DNA from: Eledone cirrhosa
Lineage: Eukaryota
DNA length: 64,000 nucleotides
Direction: 5' to 3'
Assembly (NCBI GenBank): GCA_964016885.1
Contig: OZ024742.1
Span: 348,936,001 to 349,000,000, forward strand
Below the pieces are notes generated by a model. That model saw only the letters and a program-made list of their open reading frames with translations. It was not told the DNA's origin and ran no database searches. The translations under genes and the position numbers were made by a program. Of this stretch, positions 16,301-30,200 are shown in pieces. Numbering within the stretch: position 1 is the stretch's first letter; each line of letters starts with the position of its first letter.

Positions 16301-19300
16301 CGACATTTTTGACACAGTGTAAAGCTCTCTATGTCTCAATATGGCGACATTATTGACAATGTAAACACTCTATGTCTCAATATGGCGACATTATTGACAA
16401 TGTATAGCTCTCTATGTCTCAATATGGCGACATTATTGACAACGTAAAGCTCTCTATGTCTCAATATGGCAACATTATTGACAATGTAAAGCTCACTATG
16501 TCTCAATATGGTGACATTATTGACAATGTAAAGCTCTCTATATCTCAAGATGGCGATATTATTGACACAGTGTAAAGCTCTCTATGTCTCAATATGGCGA
16601 CATTATTGACAAAGTAAAGCTCTCTATGTCTCAATATGGCGACATTATTGACAAAGTAAAGCTCTCTATGTCTCAATATGTCGACATTATTGACACAGTG
16701 TAAAGCTCTCTATGTCTCATTATGGTGACATTATTGACAGTGTAAAGCTCTCTATGTCTCAATATGGCGACATTATTGAGACAGTGTAAAGCTCTCTATG
16801 TCTCAATATGGCGACATTATTGACAATGTAAAGCTCTCTATGTCTCAATATGGTGACATTATTGACAGTGTAAAGCTCTCTATGTCTCAATATGGTGACA
16901 TTATTGACACAGTGTAAAGCTCTCTATGTCTCAATATGGTAACATTATTGACACAGTGTAAAGCTCTCTATGTCTCAATATGTTGACATTCTTGACAGTG
17001 TAAAGCTCTCTATGTCTCAATATGGTGACATTATTGCCAGTGTAAAGCTCTCTATGTCTCAATATGGTAACATTACTGACACAGTGTAAAGCTCTCTATG
17101 TCTCAATATGGAGGCATCATTGACAGTGTAAAGCTCTCTATGTCTCAATATGGTGACATTATTGACACAGTGTAAACCTCTCTATGTCTCAATATGGCGA
17201 CATTATTGACAGTGTAAAGCTCTCTATGTCTCAATATGGCGAAATTATTGAGAGTGTAAAGCTTTCTATGTTTCAATATGGTGACATTATTGAAAGTGTA
17301 AAGCTCTCTATTTTTCAATATGGTGACATTATTGACACAATGTAAAGCTCTCTATATCTTAATATGGCGACATTAATGACAATGTAAAGCTCTCTCTGTC
17401 TCAATATGGCAACATTATTGACAACATAAAGCTCTCTATGTCTCAATATGGCGACATTATTGACAATGTAAAGCTCTCTATGTCTCAATATGGCGACATT
17501 TTTGACAGTGTAAAGCTCTCTATGTCTCAATATGGCGACATTATTGACACAGTGTAAAGCTCTCTATGTCTCAACATGGTGACATTATTGACAGTGTAAA
17601 ACTCTCTATGTCTCAATATGGCGACATTATTGACAGTGTAAAGCTCTCTATGTCTCAATATGGCGACATTATTGAAAGTGTAAAGCTTTCTATTTTTCAA
17701 TATGGTGACAATATTGACACAGTGTAAAACTCTCTATGTCTCAATATGGCGACATTAATGACAATGTAACGCTCTCTATGTCTCAATATGTCGACATTAT
17801 TGACAATGTAAAGCTCTCTATGTTTCAATATGGCGACATTATTGACACAGTGTAAAGCTCTCTATGTCTCAATATGGCGACATTATTGACACAGTGTAAA
17901 GCTCTCTATGTCTCAATATGGTGACATTATTGACAGTGTAAAGCTCTCTATGTCTCAATATGGCGACATTATTGACAATGTAAAGCTCTCTATGTCTCAA
18001 TATGGTGAAATTATTGAACAGTGTAAAGCTCTCTATGTCTCAATATGGTAACATTATTGACACAGTGTAAAGCTCTCTATGTCTCAATATGGTGACATTA
18101 TTGACAATGTAAAGCTCTCTATGTCTCAATATGGTGACATTATTGACACATTGTAAAGCCCTCTATGTCTCAATATGGTGACATTATTGACAGTGTAAAG
18201 CTCTCTATGTCTCAATATGGAGACATTATTGACAACGTAAAGCTCTCTATGTCTCAATATGGTGACATTATTGACAGTGTAAAGCTCTCTATGTCTCAAT
18301 ATGGCGACATCATTGATACAGTGTAAAGCTCTCTATGTCTCAATATGGCGTACTTATTGACAGTGTAAAGCTCTCTATGTCTCAGTATGGCGACATTATT
18401 GACAATGTAAAGCTCTGTATGTCTCAAGATGGCGACATTATTGACACAGTGTAAAGCTATCTATGTCTCAATATGGCGACATTATTGACAGTGTAAAGCT
18501 CTCTATGTCTCAACCTGGCGACATTATTGACAATGTAAAACACTCCATGTCTCAATATGGTGACATTATTGATACAGTGTAAAGCTCTCTATGTCTCAAT
18601 ATTGCGACATTATTTACAATGTAATGCTCTCTATGTCTCAATATGGTGACATTATTGACAGTGTAAAGCTCTCTATGTCTCAATATAGTGACATTATTGA
18701 CACATTGTAAAGCTCTCTATGTCACAATATGGCGACATTATTGACACAGTGTAAAGCCCTCTATGTCTCAATATGGTAACCTTATTGACACAGTGTAAAG
18801 CTCTCTATGTCTCAATATGGTGACATTATTGACAGTGTAAAGCTCTCTATGTCTCAATATGGTAACATTATTGACACAGTGTAAAACTCTCTATGTCTCA
18901 ATATGGTGACATCATTGACAGTGTAAAGCTCTGTATGTCTCAATATGGTGACATTATTGACAGTGTAAAGCTCTCTATGTCTCAATATGGCGACATTATT
19001 GAAAGTGTAAAGCTCTCTATGTCTAAATATGTCGACATTATTGACAATATAGAGCTCTCTATGTCTCAATATGGCGACATTATTCACAATGTAAAGCTCT
19101 CTATGTCTCAATATGGCGACATTTTTGAGACAATGTAAAGCTCTCTATGTCTCAATATGGCGACATTATTGATACAGTGTAAAGCTCTCTATGTCTCAAG
19201 ATGTTGACATTATTGACACAGTGTAAAGCTCTCTATCTTTCAATATGACGACATTATTGACAGTGTAAAGCTCTCTATGTCTCAATATGTCGACATTATT

Positions 19301-19930
19301 GACAACGTAAAGCTCTCTATGTCTCAATATGGCGACATTATTGACAATGTAAAGCTCACTTTTTTCAATATGGTGACATTATTGACACTGTGTAAAACTC
19401 TCTATGTCTCAATATGGCGATATTAATGACAATGTAAAGCTCTCTATGTCTCAATATGTCGACATTATTGACAACGTAAAGCTCTCTATGTCTCAATATG
19501 GCGACATTATTGACAATGTAAAGCTCTCTATGTTTCAATATGCCGACATTATTGACAATGTAAAGCTCTCGATGTCTCAATATGGCGACATTTTTGACAC
19601 AGTGTAAAGCTCTCTATGTCTCAATATGGCGACATTATTGACAATGTAAACACTCTATGTCTCAATATGGCGACATTATTGACAATGTATAGCTCTCTAT
19701 GTCTCAATATGGCGACATTATTGACAACGTAAAGCTCTCTATGTCTCAATATGGCAACATTATTGACAATGTAAAGCTCACTATGTCTCAATATGGTGAC
19801 ATTATTGACAATGTAAAGCTCTCTATATCTCAAGATGGCGATATTATTGACACAGTGTAAAGCTCTCTATGTCTCAATATGGCGACATTATTGACAAAGT
19901 AAAGCTCTCTATGTCTCAATATGGCGACAT
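13370..19930. repeat. Higher-order tandem duplication of a 3,285-bp satellite block (two near-identical copies)
   Basis: Rare variant CTCATTATGG at 13431 and 16716. Identical ORF translations are offset by exactly 3285 (14030/17315, 15569/18854, 16080/19365, 16336/19621). Boundaries are approximate. Confidence 0.92.
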
Positions 19931-21239
19931 GATTGACAATGTAAAGCTCTCTATGTCTCAATATGGCGACATTATTGACAACGTAAAGCTCTCTATGTCT
20001 CAATATGGCGACATTATTGACACAGTGTAAAGCTCTCTATGACTCAATATGGTGACATTATTGACAGTGTAAAGCTCTCTATGTCTCAATATGGCGACAT
20101 TATTGATACAGTGTAAAGCTCTCTATGTCTCAATATGGCGACATTATTGACAGTGTAAAGCTCTCTATGTCTCAATATGGCGACATTGTTGACAATGTAA
20201 AGCTCTCTATGTCTCAATATGGTGACATTATTGACAGTGTAAAGCTCTCTATGTCTCAATATGGTGACATTATTGACACAGTGTAAAGCTCTCTATGTCT
20301 CAATATGTTGACATTCTTGACAGTGTAAAGCTCTCTATGTCTCAATATGGTGACATTATTGACACAGTGTAAAGCTCTCTATGTCTCAATATGTTGACAT
20401 TCTTGACAGTGTAAAGCTCTCTATGTCTCAATATGTTGACATTATTGACACAGTGTAAACCACTCAAATGTCTCAATATGGCGACATTATTGACAGTGTA
20501 AAGCTCTCTATGTCTCAATATGGCGAAATAATTGACAGTGTAAAGCTTTCTATGTTTCAATATGGCGACATTATTGAAAGTGTAAAGCTCTCTATTTTTC
20601 AATATGGTGACATTATTGACACAGTTTAAAACTCTTTATATCTTAATATGGCGACATTAATGACAATGTAAAGCTCTCTATGTCTCAATATGGCAACATT
20701 ATTGACAACGTAAAGCTCTCTATGTCTCAATATGGCGACATTATTGACAATGTAAAGCTCTCTATGTCTCAATATGGCGACATTTTTGACACAGTGTAAA
20801 GCTCTCTATGTCTCAATATGGCGACATTATTGACACAGTGTAAAACTCTCTATGTCTCAATATGGTGACATTATTGACAGTGTAAAACTCTCTATGTCTC
20901 AATATGGGGACATTATTGACAGTGTAAAGCTCTCTATGTCTCAATATGGCGACATTATTGAAAGTGTAAAGCTTTCTATTTTTTCAATATGGTGACATTA
21001 TTGACACAGTGTAAAACTCTCTATGTCTCAATATGGCGACATCAATGACAATGTAAAGCTCTCTATGTCTCAATATGTCGACATTATTGACAACGTAAAG
21101 CTCTCTATGTCGCAATATGGCGACATTATTGACAATGTAAAGCTCTCTATGTCTCAATATGGCGACATTATTGACAATGTAAAGCTCTCTATGTTTCAAT
21201 ATGGCGACATTATTGACACAGTGTAAAGCTCTCAATGTC

Positions 21240-24200
21240 TCAATATGGCGACATTATTGACACAGTGTAAAGCTCTCTATGTCTCAATATGGCGACATTA
21301 TTGAACAGTGTTAAGCTCTCTATGTCTCAATATGGTAACATTATTGACACAGTGTAAAGCTCTCTATGTCTCAATATGGTGACATTATTGACACAGTGTA
21401 TTGCTCTCTATGTCTCAATATGGCGACATTATTGACAGTGTAATGCTCTCTATGTCTCAATATGGCGACATTATTGAAAGTGTAAAGCTCACTTTTTTCA
21501 ATATGGTGACATTATTGACACAGTGTAAAACTCTCTATGTCTCAATATGGCGACATTAATGACAATGTAAAGCTCTCTATGTCTCAATATGTCGACATTA
21601 TTGACAACGTAAAGCTCTCTATGTCTCAATATGGCGACATTTTTGACACAGTGTAAAGCTCTCTATGTCTCAATATGGCGACATTATTGACACAGTGTAA
21701 AGCTCTCTATGTCTCAATATGGTGACATTATTGACAGTGTAAAGCTCTCTATGTCTCAATATGGGGACATTATTGACAGTGTAAAGCTCTCTATGTCTCA
21801 ATATGGCGACATTATTGAAAGTGTAAAGCTTTCTATTTTTCAATATGGTGACATTATTGACACAGTGTTAAACTCTCTATGTCTCAATATGGCGACATTA
21901 ATGACAATGTAAAGCTCTCTATGTCTCAATATGTCGACATTATTGACAACGTAAAGCTCTCTATGTCTCAATATGGCGACATTATTGACAACGTAAAGCT
22001 CTCTATGTCTCAATATGGCGACATTATTGACAATGTAAAGCTCTCTATGTTTCAATATGGCGACATTATTGACACAGTGTAAAGCTCTCCATGTCTCAAT
22101 ATGGCGACATTATTGACACAGTGTAAAGCTCTCTATGTCTCAATATGGTGACATTATTGACAGTGTAAAGCTCTCTATGTCTCAATATGGCGACATTATT
22201 GAAAGTGTAAAGCTCACTTTTTTCAATATGGTGACATTATTGACACAGTGTAAAGCTCTCTATGTCTCAATATGGTGACATTATTGACACAGCGTATTGC
22301 TCTCTATGTCTCAATATGGCGACATTATTGACAGTGTAATGCTCTCTATGTCTCAATATGGCGACATTATTGAATGTGTAAAGCTCACTTTTTTCAATAT
22401 GGTGACATTATTGACACAGTGTAAAACTCTCTATGTCTCAATATAGCGACATTAATGACAATGTAAAGCTCTCTATGTCTCAATATGTCGACATTATTGA
22501 CAACGTAAAGCTCTCTATGTCTCAATATGGCGACATTATTGACAATGTAAAGCTCTCTATGTCTTAATATGGCGACATTATTGACAATGTAAAGCTCTCG
22601 ATGTCTCAATATGGCGACATTTTTGACACAGTGTAAAGCTCTCTATGTCTCAATATGGCAACATTATTGACAATGTAAAGCTCTCTATGTCTCAATATGG
22701 CGACATTATTGACACATTGTAAAGCTCTGTATGTCTTAATATGGCGACATTTTTGACACAGTGTAAAGCTCTCTATGTCTCAATATGGCGACATTATTGA
22801 CAATGTAAACTCTCTATGTCTCAATATGGCGACATTATTGACAATGTATAGCTCTCTATGTCTCAATATGGCGACATTATTGACAACGTAAAGCTCTCTA
22901 TGTCTCAATATGGCAACATTATTGACAATGTAAAGCTCTCTATGTCTCAATATGGTGACATTATTGACAATGTAAAGCTCTCTATATCTCAAGATGGCGA
23001 CATTATTGACCCAGTGTAAAGCTCTGTATGTCTCAATATGGCGAAATTATTGATACAGTGTAAAGCTCTCTATGTCTCAATATGGCGACATTATTGACAG
23101 TGTAAAGCTCTCTATGTCTCAATATGGCGACATTATTGACAACGTAAAGCTCTCTATGTCTCAATATGGTGACATTATTGACAGTGTAAAGCTCTCTATG
23201 TCTCAATATAGTGACATTATTGACACATTGTAAAGCTCTCCATGTCTCAATATGGCGACATTATTGACACAGTGTAAAGCTCTCTATGTCTCAATATGGT
23301 AACCTTATTGACACAGTGTAAAGCTCTCTATGTCTCAATATGGTGACATTATTGACAGTGTAAAGCTCTCTATGTCTCAACATGGTAACATTATTGACAC
23401 AGTGTAAAGCTCTCTATGTCTCAATATGGTGACATTATTGACAGTGTAAAACTTCTATGTCTCAATATGGTGAGATTATTGACAGTGTAAAGCTCTCTAC
23501 GTCTCAATATGGCGACATTATTGAAAGTGTAAAGGTCTCTATTTTTCAATATGGTGACATTATTGACACAGTGTAAAGCTCTCTATGTCTCAATATGGTG
23601 ACATTATTGACAATGTAAAGCTCTCTATGTCTCAATATGTCGACATTATTGACAACGTAAAGCTCTCTATGTCTCAATATGGCGACATTATTGACAATGT
23701 AAAGTTCTCTATGTCTCAATATGGCGACATTATTCACAATGTAAAGCTCTCTATGTCTCAATATGGCGACATTTTTGACACAGTGTAAAGCTCTCTATGT
23801 CTCAATATGGCGACATTATTGATACAGTGTAAAGCTCTCTATGTCTCAATATGGCGACATTATTGACAATGTAAAGCTCTCTATGTCTCAATATGGCGAC
23901 ATTATTGACACATTGTAAAGCTCTCTATGTCTCAATATGGCGGCATTATTGACAATGTAAACCTCTCTATGTCTCAATATGGTGACATTATTGACAATGT
24001 AAACCTCTCTATGTCTCAATATGGTGACATTATTGACAGTGTAAACCTCTCTATGTCTCAATATGGTGACATTATTGACAGTGTAAAGCTCTCTATGTCT
24101 CAATATGGCGACATTATTGACCCAGTGTAAAGCTCTGTATGTCTCAATATGGCGAAATTATTGATACAGTGTAAAGCTCTCTATGTCTCAATATGGCGAC

Positions 24201-27200
24201 ATTATTGACAATGTAAAGCTCTCTATGTCTCAATATGGCGACATTATTGACACATTGTAAAGCTCTCTATGTCTCAATATGGCGGCATTATTGACAGTGT
24301 AAAGCTCTCTATGTCTCAATATGGCGACATTATTAACACATCGTTAATCTCTCTATGTCTCAATATGGCGACATTATTGACAAAGTAAAGCTCTCTATGT
24401 CTCAATATGGCGACATTATTGACAGTGTAAAGCTCTCTATGTCTCAATATGGTGACACTATTGAGACAGTGTAAAGCTCTCTATATCTCAATATGGTGAC
24501 ATTATTTACAGTGTAAAGCTCTCTATGTCTCAATATGGTGACATTGTTGACAGTGTAAAGCTCTCTATGTCTCAAGATGGTGACATTATTGACACAGTGT
24601 AAAGCTCTCTATGTCTCAATATGGCGACATTATTGACACAGTGTAAAGCTCTCTATGTCTCAATATGGCGACATTATTGACAGTGTAAAGCTCTCTATGT
24701 CTCAATATGGCGACATTATTGACACAGTGTAAAGCTCTCTATGTCTCAATATGGTGACACTATTGAGACAGTGTAAAGCTCTCTATGTCTCAATATGGCG
24801 ACATTATTGAAAGTGTAAAGCTTTCTATTTTTTCAATATGGTGACATTATTGACACAGTGTAAAACTCACTATGTCTCAATATGGCGACATTAATGACAA
24901 TGTAAAGCTCTCTATGTCTCAATATGTCGACATTATTGACAACGTAAAGCTCTCTATGTCTCAATATGGCGACATTATTGACAATGTAAAGCTCTCTATG
25001 TCTCAATATGGCGACATTATTGACACAGTGTATTGCTCTCTATGTCTCAATATGGCGACATTATTGACAGTGTAATGCTCTCTATGTCTCAATATGGCGA
25101 CATTATTGACAGTGTAAAGCTCTCTATGTCTCAATATGGCGACATTATTGACACAGTGTAAAGCTCTCTATGTCTCAATATGGTGACATTATTGACACAG
25201 TGTATTGCTCTCTATGTCTCAATATGGCGACATTATTGACAGTGTAATGCTCTCTATGTCTCAATATGGCGACATTATTGAAAGTGTAAAGCTCACTTTT
25301 TTCAATATGGTGACATTATTTACACAGTGTAAAACTCTCTATGTCTCAATATGGCGACATTAATGACAATGTAAAGCTCTCTATGTCTCAATATGTCGAC
25401 ATTATTGACAACGTAAAGCTCTCTATGTCTCAATATGGCGACATTTTTGACACAGTGTAAAGCTCTCTATGTCTCAATATGGCGACATTATTGACACAGT
25501 GTAAAGCTCTCTATGTCTCAATATGGTGACATTATTGACAGTGTAAAACTCTCTATGTCTCAATATGGGGACATTATTGACAGTGTAAAGCTCTCTATGT
25601 CTCAATATGGCGACATTATTGAAAGTGTAAAGCTTTCTATTTTTCAATATGGTGACATTATTGACACTGTGTTAAACTCTCTATGTCTCAATATGGCGAC
25701 ATTAATGACAATGTAAAGCTCTCTATGTCTCAATATGTCGACATTATTGACAACGTAAAGCTCTCTATGTCTCAATATGGCGACATTATTGACAACGTAA
25801 AGCTCTCTATGTCTCAATATGGCGACATTATTGACAATGTAAAGCTCTCTATGTTTCAATATGGCGACATTATTGACACAGTGTAAAGCTCTCTATGTCT
25901 CAATATGGCGACATTATTGACACAGTGTAAAGCTCTCTATGTCTCAATATGGTGACATTATTGACAGTGTAAAGCTCTCTATGTCTCAATATGGCGACAT
26001 TATTGAAAGTGTAAAGCTCACTTTTTTCAATATGGTGACATTATTGACACAGTGTAAAGCTCTCTATGTCTCAATATGGTGACATTATTGACACAGTGTA
26101 TTGCTCTCTATGTCTCAATATGGCGACATTATTGACAGTGTAATGCTCTCTATGTCTCAATATGGCGACATTATTGAAAGTGTAAAGCTCACTTTTTTCA
26201 ATATGGTGACATTATTGACACAGTGTAAAACTCTCTATGTCTCAATATGGCGACATTAATGACAATGTAAAGCTCTCTATGTCTCAATATGTCGACATTA
26301 TTGACAACGTAAAGCTCTCTATGTCTCAATATGGCGACATTATTGACAATGTAAAGCTCTCTATGTCTTAATATGGCGACATTATTGACAATGTAAAGCT
26401 CTCGATGTCTCAATATGGCGACATTTTTGACACAGTGTAAAGCTCTCTATGTCTCAATATGGCGACATTATTGATACAGTGTAAAGCTCTCTATGTCTCA
26501 ATATGGCGACATTATTGACAATGTAAAGCTATCTATGTCTCAATATGGCGACATTATTGACACATTGTAAAGCTCTGTATGTCTTAATATGGCGACATTT
26601 TTGACACAGTGTAAAGCTCTCTATGTCTCAATATGGCGACATTATTGACAATGTAAACTCTCTATGTCTCAATATGGCGACATTATTGACAATGTATAGC
26701 TCTCTATGTCTCAATATGGCGACATTATTGACAACGTAAAGCTCTCTATGTCTCAATATGGCAACATTATTGACAATGTAAAGCTCTCTATGTCTCAATA
26801 TGGTGACATTATTGACAATGTAAAGCTCTCTATATCTCAAGATGGCGACATTATTGACCCAGTGTAAAGCTCTGTATGTCTCAATATGGCGAAATTATTG
26901 ATACAGTGTAAAGCTCTCTATGTCTCAATATGGCGACATTATTGACAGTGTAAAGCTCTCTATGTCTCAATATGGCGACATTATTGACAACGTAAAGCTC
27001 TCTATGTCTCAATATGGTGACATTATTGACAGTGTAAAGCTCTCTATGTCTCAATATAGTGACATTATTGACACATTGTAAAGCTCTCTATGTCTCAATA
27101 TGGCGACATTATTGACACAGTGTAAAGCTCTCTATGTCTCAATATGGTAACCTTATTGACACAGTGTAAAGCTCTCTATGTCTCAATATGGTGACATTAT

Positions 27201-30200
27201 TGACAGTGTAAAGCTCTCTATGTCTCAACATGGTAACATTATTGACACAGTGTAAAGCTCTCTATGTCTCAATATGGTGACATTATTGACAGTGTAAAAC
27301 TTCTATGTCTCAATATGGTGAGATTATTGACAGTGTAAAGCTCTCTACGTCTCAATATGGCGACATTATTGAAAGTGTAAAGGTCTCTATTTTTCAATAT
27401 GGTGACATTATTGACACAGTGTAAAGCTCTCTATGTCTCAATATGGTGACATTATTGACAATGTAAAGCTCTCTATGTCTCAATATGTCGACATTATTGA
27501 CAACGTAAAGCTCTCTATGTCTCAATATGGCGACATTATTGACAATGTAAAGTTCTCTATGTCTCAATATGGCGACATTATTCACAATGTAAAGCTCTCT
27601 ATGTCTCAATATGGCGACATTTTTGACACAGTGTAAAGCTCTCTATGTCTCAATATGGCGACATTATTGATACAGTGTAAAGCTCTCTATGTCTCAATAT
27701 GGCGACATTATTGACAATGTAAAGCTCTCTATGTCTCAATATGGCGACATTATTGACACATTGTAAAGCTCTCTATGTCTCAATATGGCGGCATTATTGA
27801 CAATGTAAACCTCTCTATGTCTCAATATGGTGACATTATTGACAATGTAAACCTCTCTATGTCTCAATATGGTGACATTATTGACAGTGTAAACCTCTCT
27901 ATGTCTCAATATGGTGACATTATTGACAGTGTAAAGCTCTCTATGTCTCAATATGGCGACATTATTGACCCAGTGTAAAGCTCTCTATGTCTCAATATGG
28001 CGACATTATTGACACATTGTAAAGCTCTCTATGTCTCAATATGGCGGCATTATTGACAATGTAAACCTCTCTATGTCTCAATATGGTGACATTATTGACA
28101 ATGTAAACCTCTCTATGTCTCAATATGGTGACATTATTGACAGTGTAAACCTCTCTATGTCTCAATATGGCGACATTATTGACAATGTAAAGCTCTCTAT
28201 GTCTCAATATGGCGACATTATTGACACATTGTAAAGCTCTCTATGTCTCAATATGGCGGCATTATTGACAGTGTAAAGCTCTCTATGTCTCAATATGGCG
28301 ACATTATTAACACATCGTTAATCTCTCTATGTCTCAATATGGCGACATTATTGACAAAGTAAAGCTCTCTATGTCTCAATATGGCGACATTATTGACAGT
28401 GTAAAGCTCTCTATGTCTCAATATGGTGACACTATTGAGACAGTGTAAAGCTCTCTATATCTCAATATGGTGACATTATTTACAGTGTAAAGCTCTCTAT
28501 GTCTCAATATGGTGACATTGTTGACAGTGTAAAGCTCTCTATGTCTCAAGATGGTGACATTATTGACACAGTGTAAAGCTCTCTATGTCTCAATATGGCG
28601 ACATTATTGACACAGTGTAAAGCTCTCTATGTCTCAATATGGCGACATTATTGACAGTGTAAAGCTCTCTATGTCTCAATATGGCGACATTATTGACACA
28701 GTGTAAAGCTCTCTATGTCTCAATATGGTGACACTATTGAGACAGTGTAAAGCTCTCTATGTCTCAATATGGCGACATTATTGAAAGTGTAAAGCTTTCT
28801 ATTTTTTCAATATGGTGACATTATTGACACAGTGTAAAACTCACTATGTCTCAATATGGCGACATTAATGACAATGTAAAGCTCTCTATGTCTCAATATG
28901 TCGACATTATTGACAACGTAAAGCTCTCTATGTCTCAATATGGCGACATTATTGACAATGTAAAGCTCTCTATGTCTCAATATGGCGACATTATTGACAC
29001 AGTGTATTGCTCTCTATGTCTCAATATGGCGACATTATTGACAGTGTAATGCTCTCTATGTCTCAATATGTCGACATTATTGACAACGTAAAGCTCTCTA
29101 TGTCTCAATATGGCGACATTATTGACAATGTAAAGCTCTCTATGTCTCAATATGGCGACATTATTGACACAGTGTATTGCTCTCTATGTCTCAATATGGC
29201 GACATTATTGACAGTGTAATGCTCTCTATGTCTCAATATGGCGACATTATTGACAGTGTAAAGCTCTCTATGTCTCAATATGGTGACATTATTGACACAG
29301 TGTATTGCTCTCTATGTCTCAATATGGCGACATTATTGACAGTGTAATGCTCTCTATGTCTCAATATGGCGACATTATTGAAAGTGTAAAGCTCACTTTT
29401 TTCAATATGGTGACATTATTTACACAGTGTAAAACTCTCTATGTCTCAATATGGCGACATTAATGACAATGTAAAGCTCTCTATGTCTCAATATGTCGAC
29501 ATTATTGACAACGTAAAGCTCTCTATGTCTCAATATGGCGACATTTTTGACACAGTGTAAAGCTCTCTATGTCTCAATATGGCGACATTATTGACACAGT
29601 GTAAAGCTCTCTATGTCTCAATATGGTGACATTATTGACAGTGTAAAACTCTCTATGTCTCAATATGGGGACATTATTGACAGTGTAAAGCTCTCTATGT
29701 CTCAATATGGCGACATTATTGAAAGTGTAAAGCTTTCTATTTTTCAATATGGTGACATTATTGACACAGTGTTAAACTCTCTATGTCTCAATATGGCGAC
29801 ATTAATGACAATGTAAAGCTCTCTATGTCTCAATATGTCGACATTATTGACAACGTAAAGCTCTCTATGTCTCAATATGGCGACATTTTTGACACAGTGT
29901 AAAGCTCTCTATGTCTCAATATGGCGACATTATTGACACAGTGTAAAGCTCTCTATGTCTCAATATGGTGACATTATTGACAGTGTAAAACTCTCTATGT
30001 CTCAATATGGGGACATTATTGACAGTGTAAAGCTCTCTATGTCTCAATATGGCGACATTATTGAAAGTGTAAAGCTTTCTATTTTTCAATATGGTGACAT
30101 TATTGACACAGTGTTAAACTCTCTATGTCTCAATATGGCGACATTAATGACAATGTAAAGCTCTCTATGTCTCAATATGTCGACATTATTGACAACGTAA

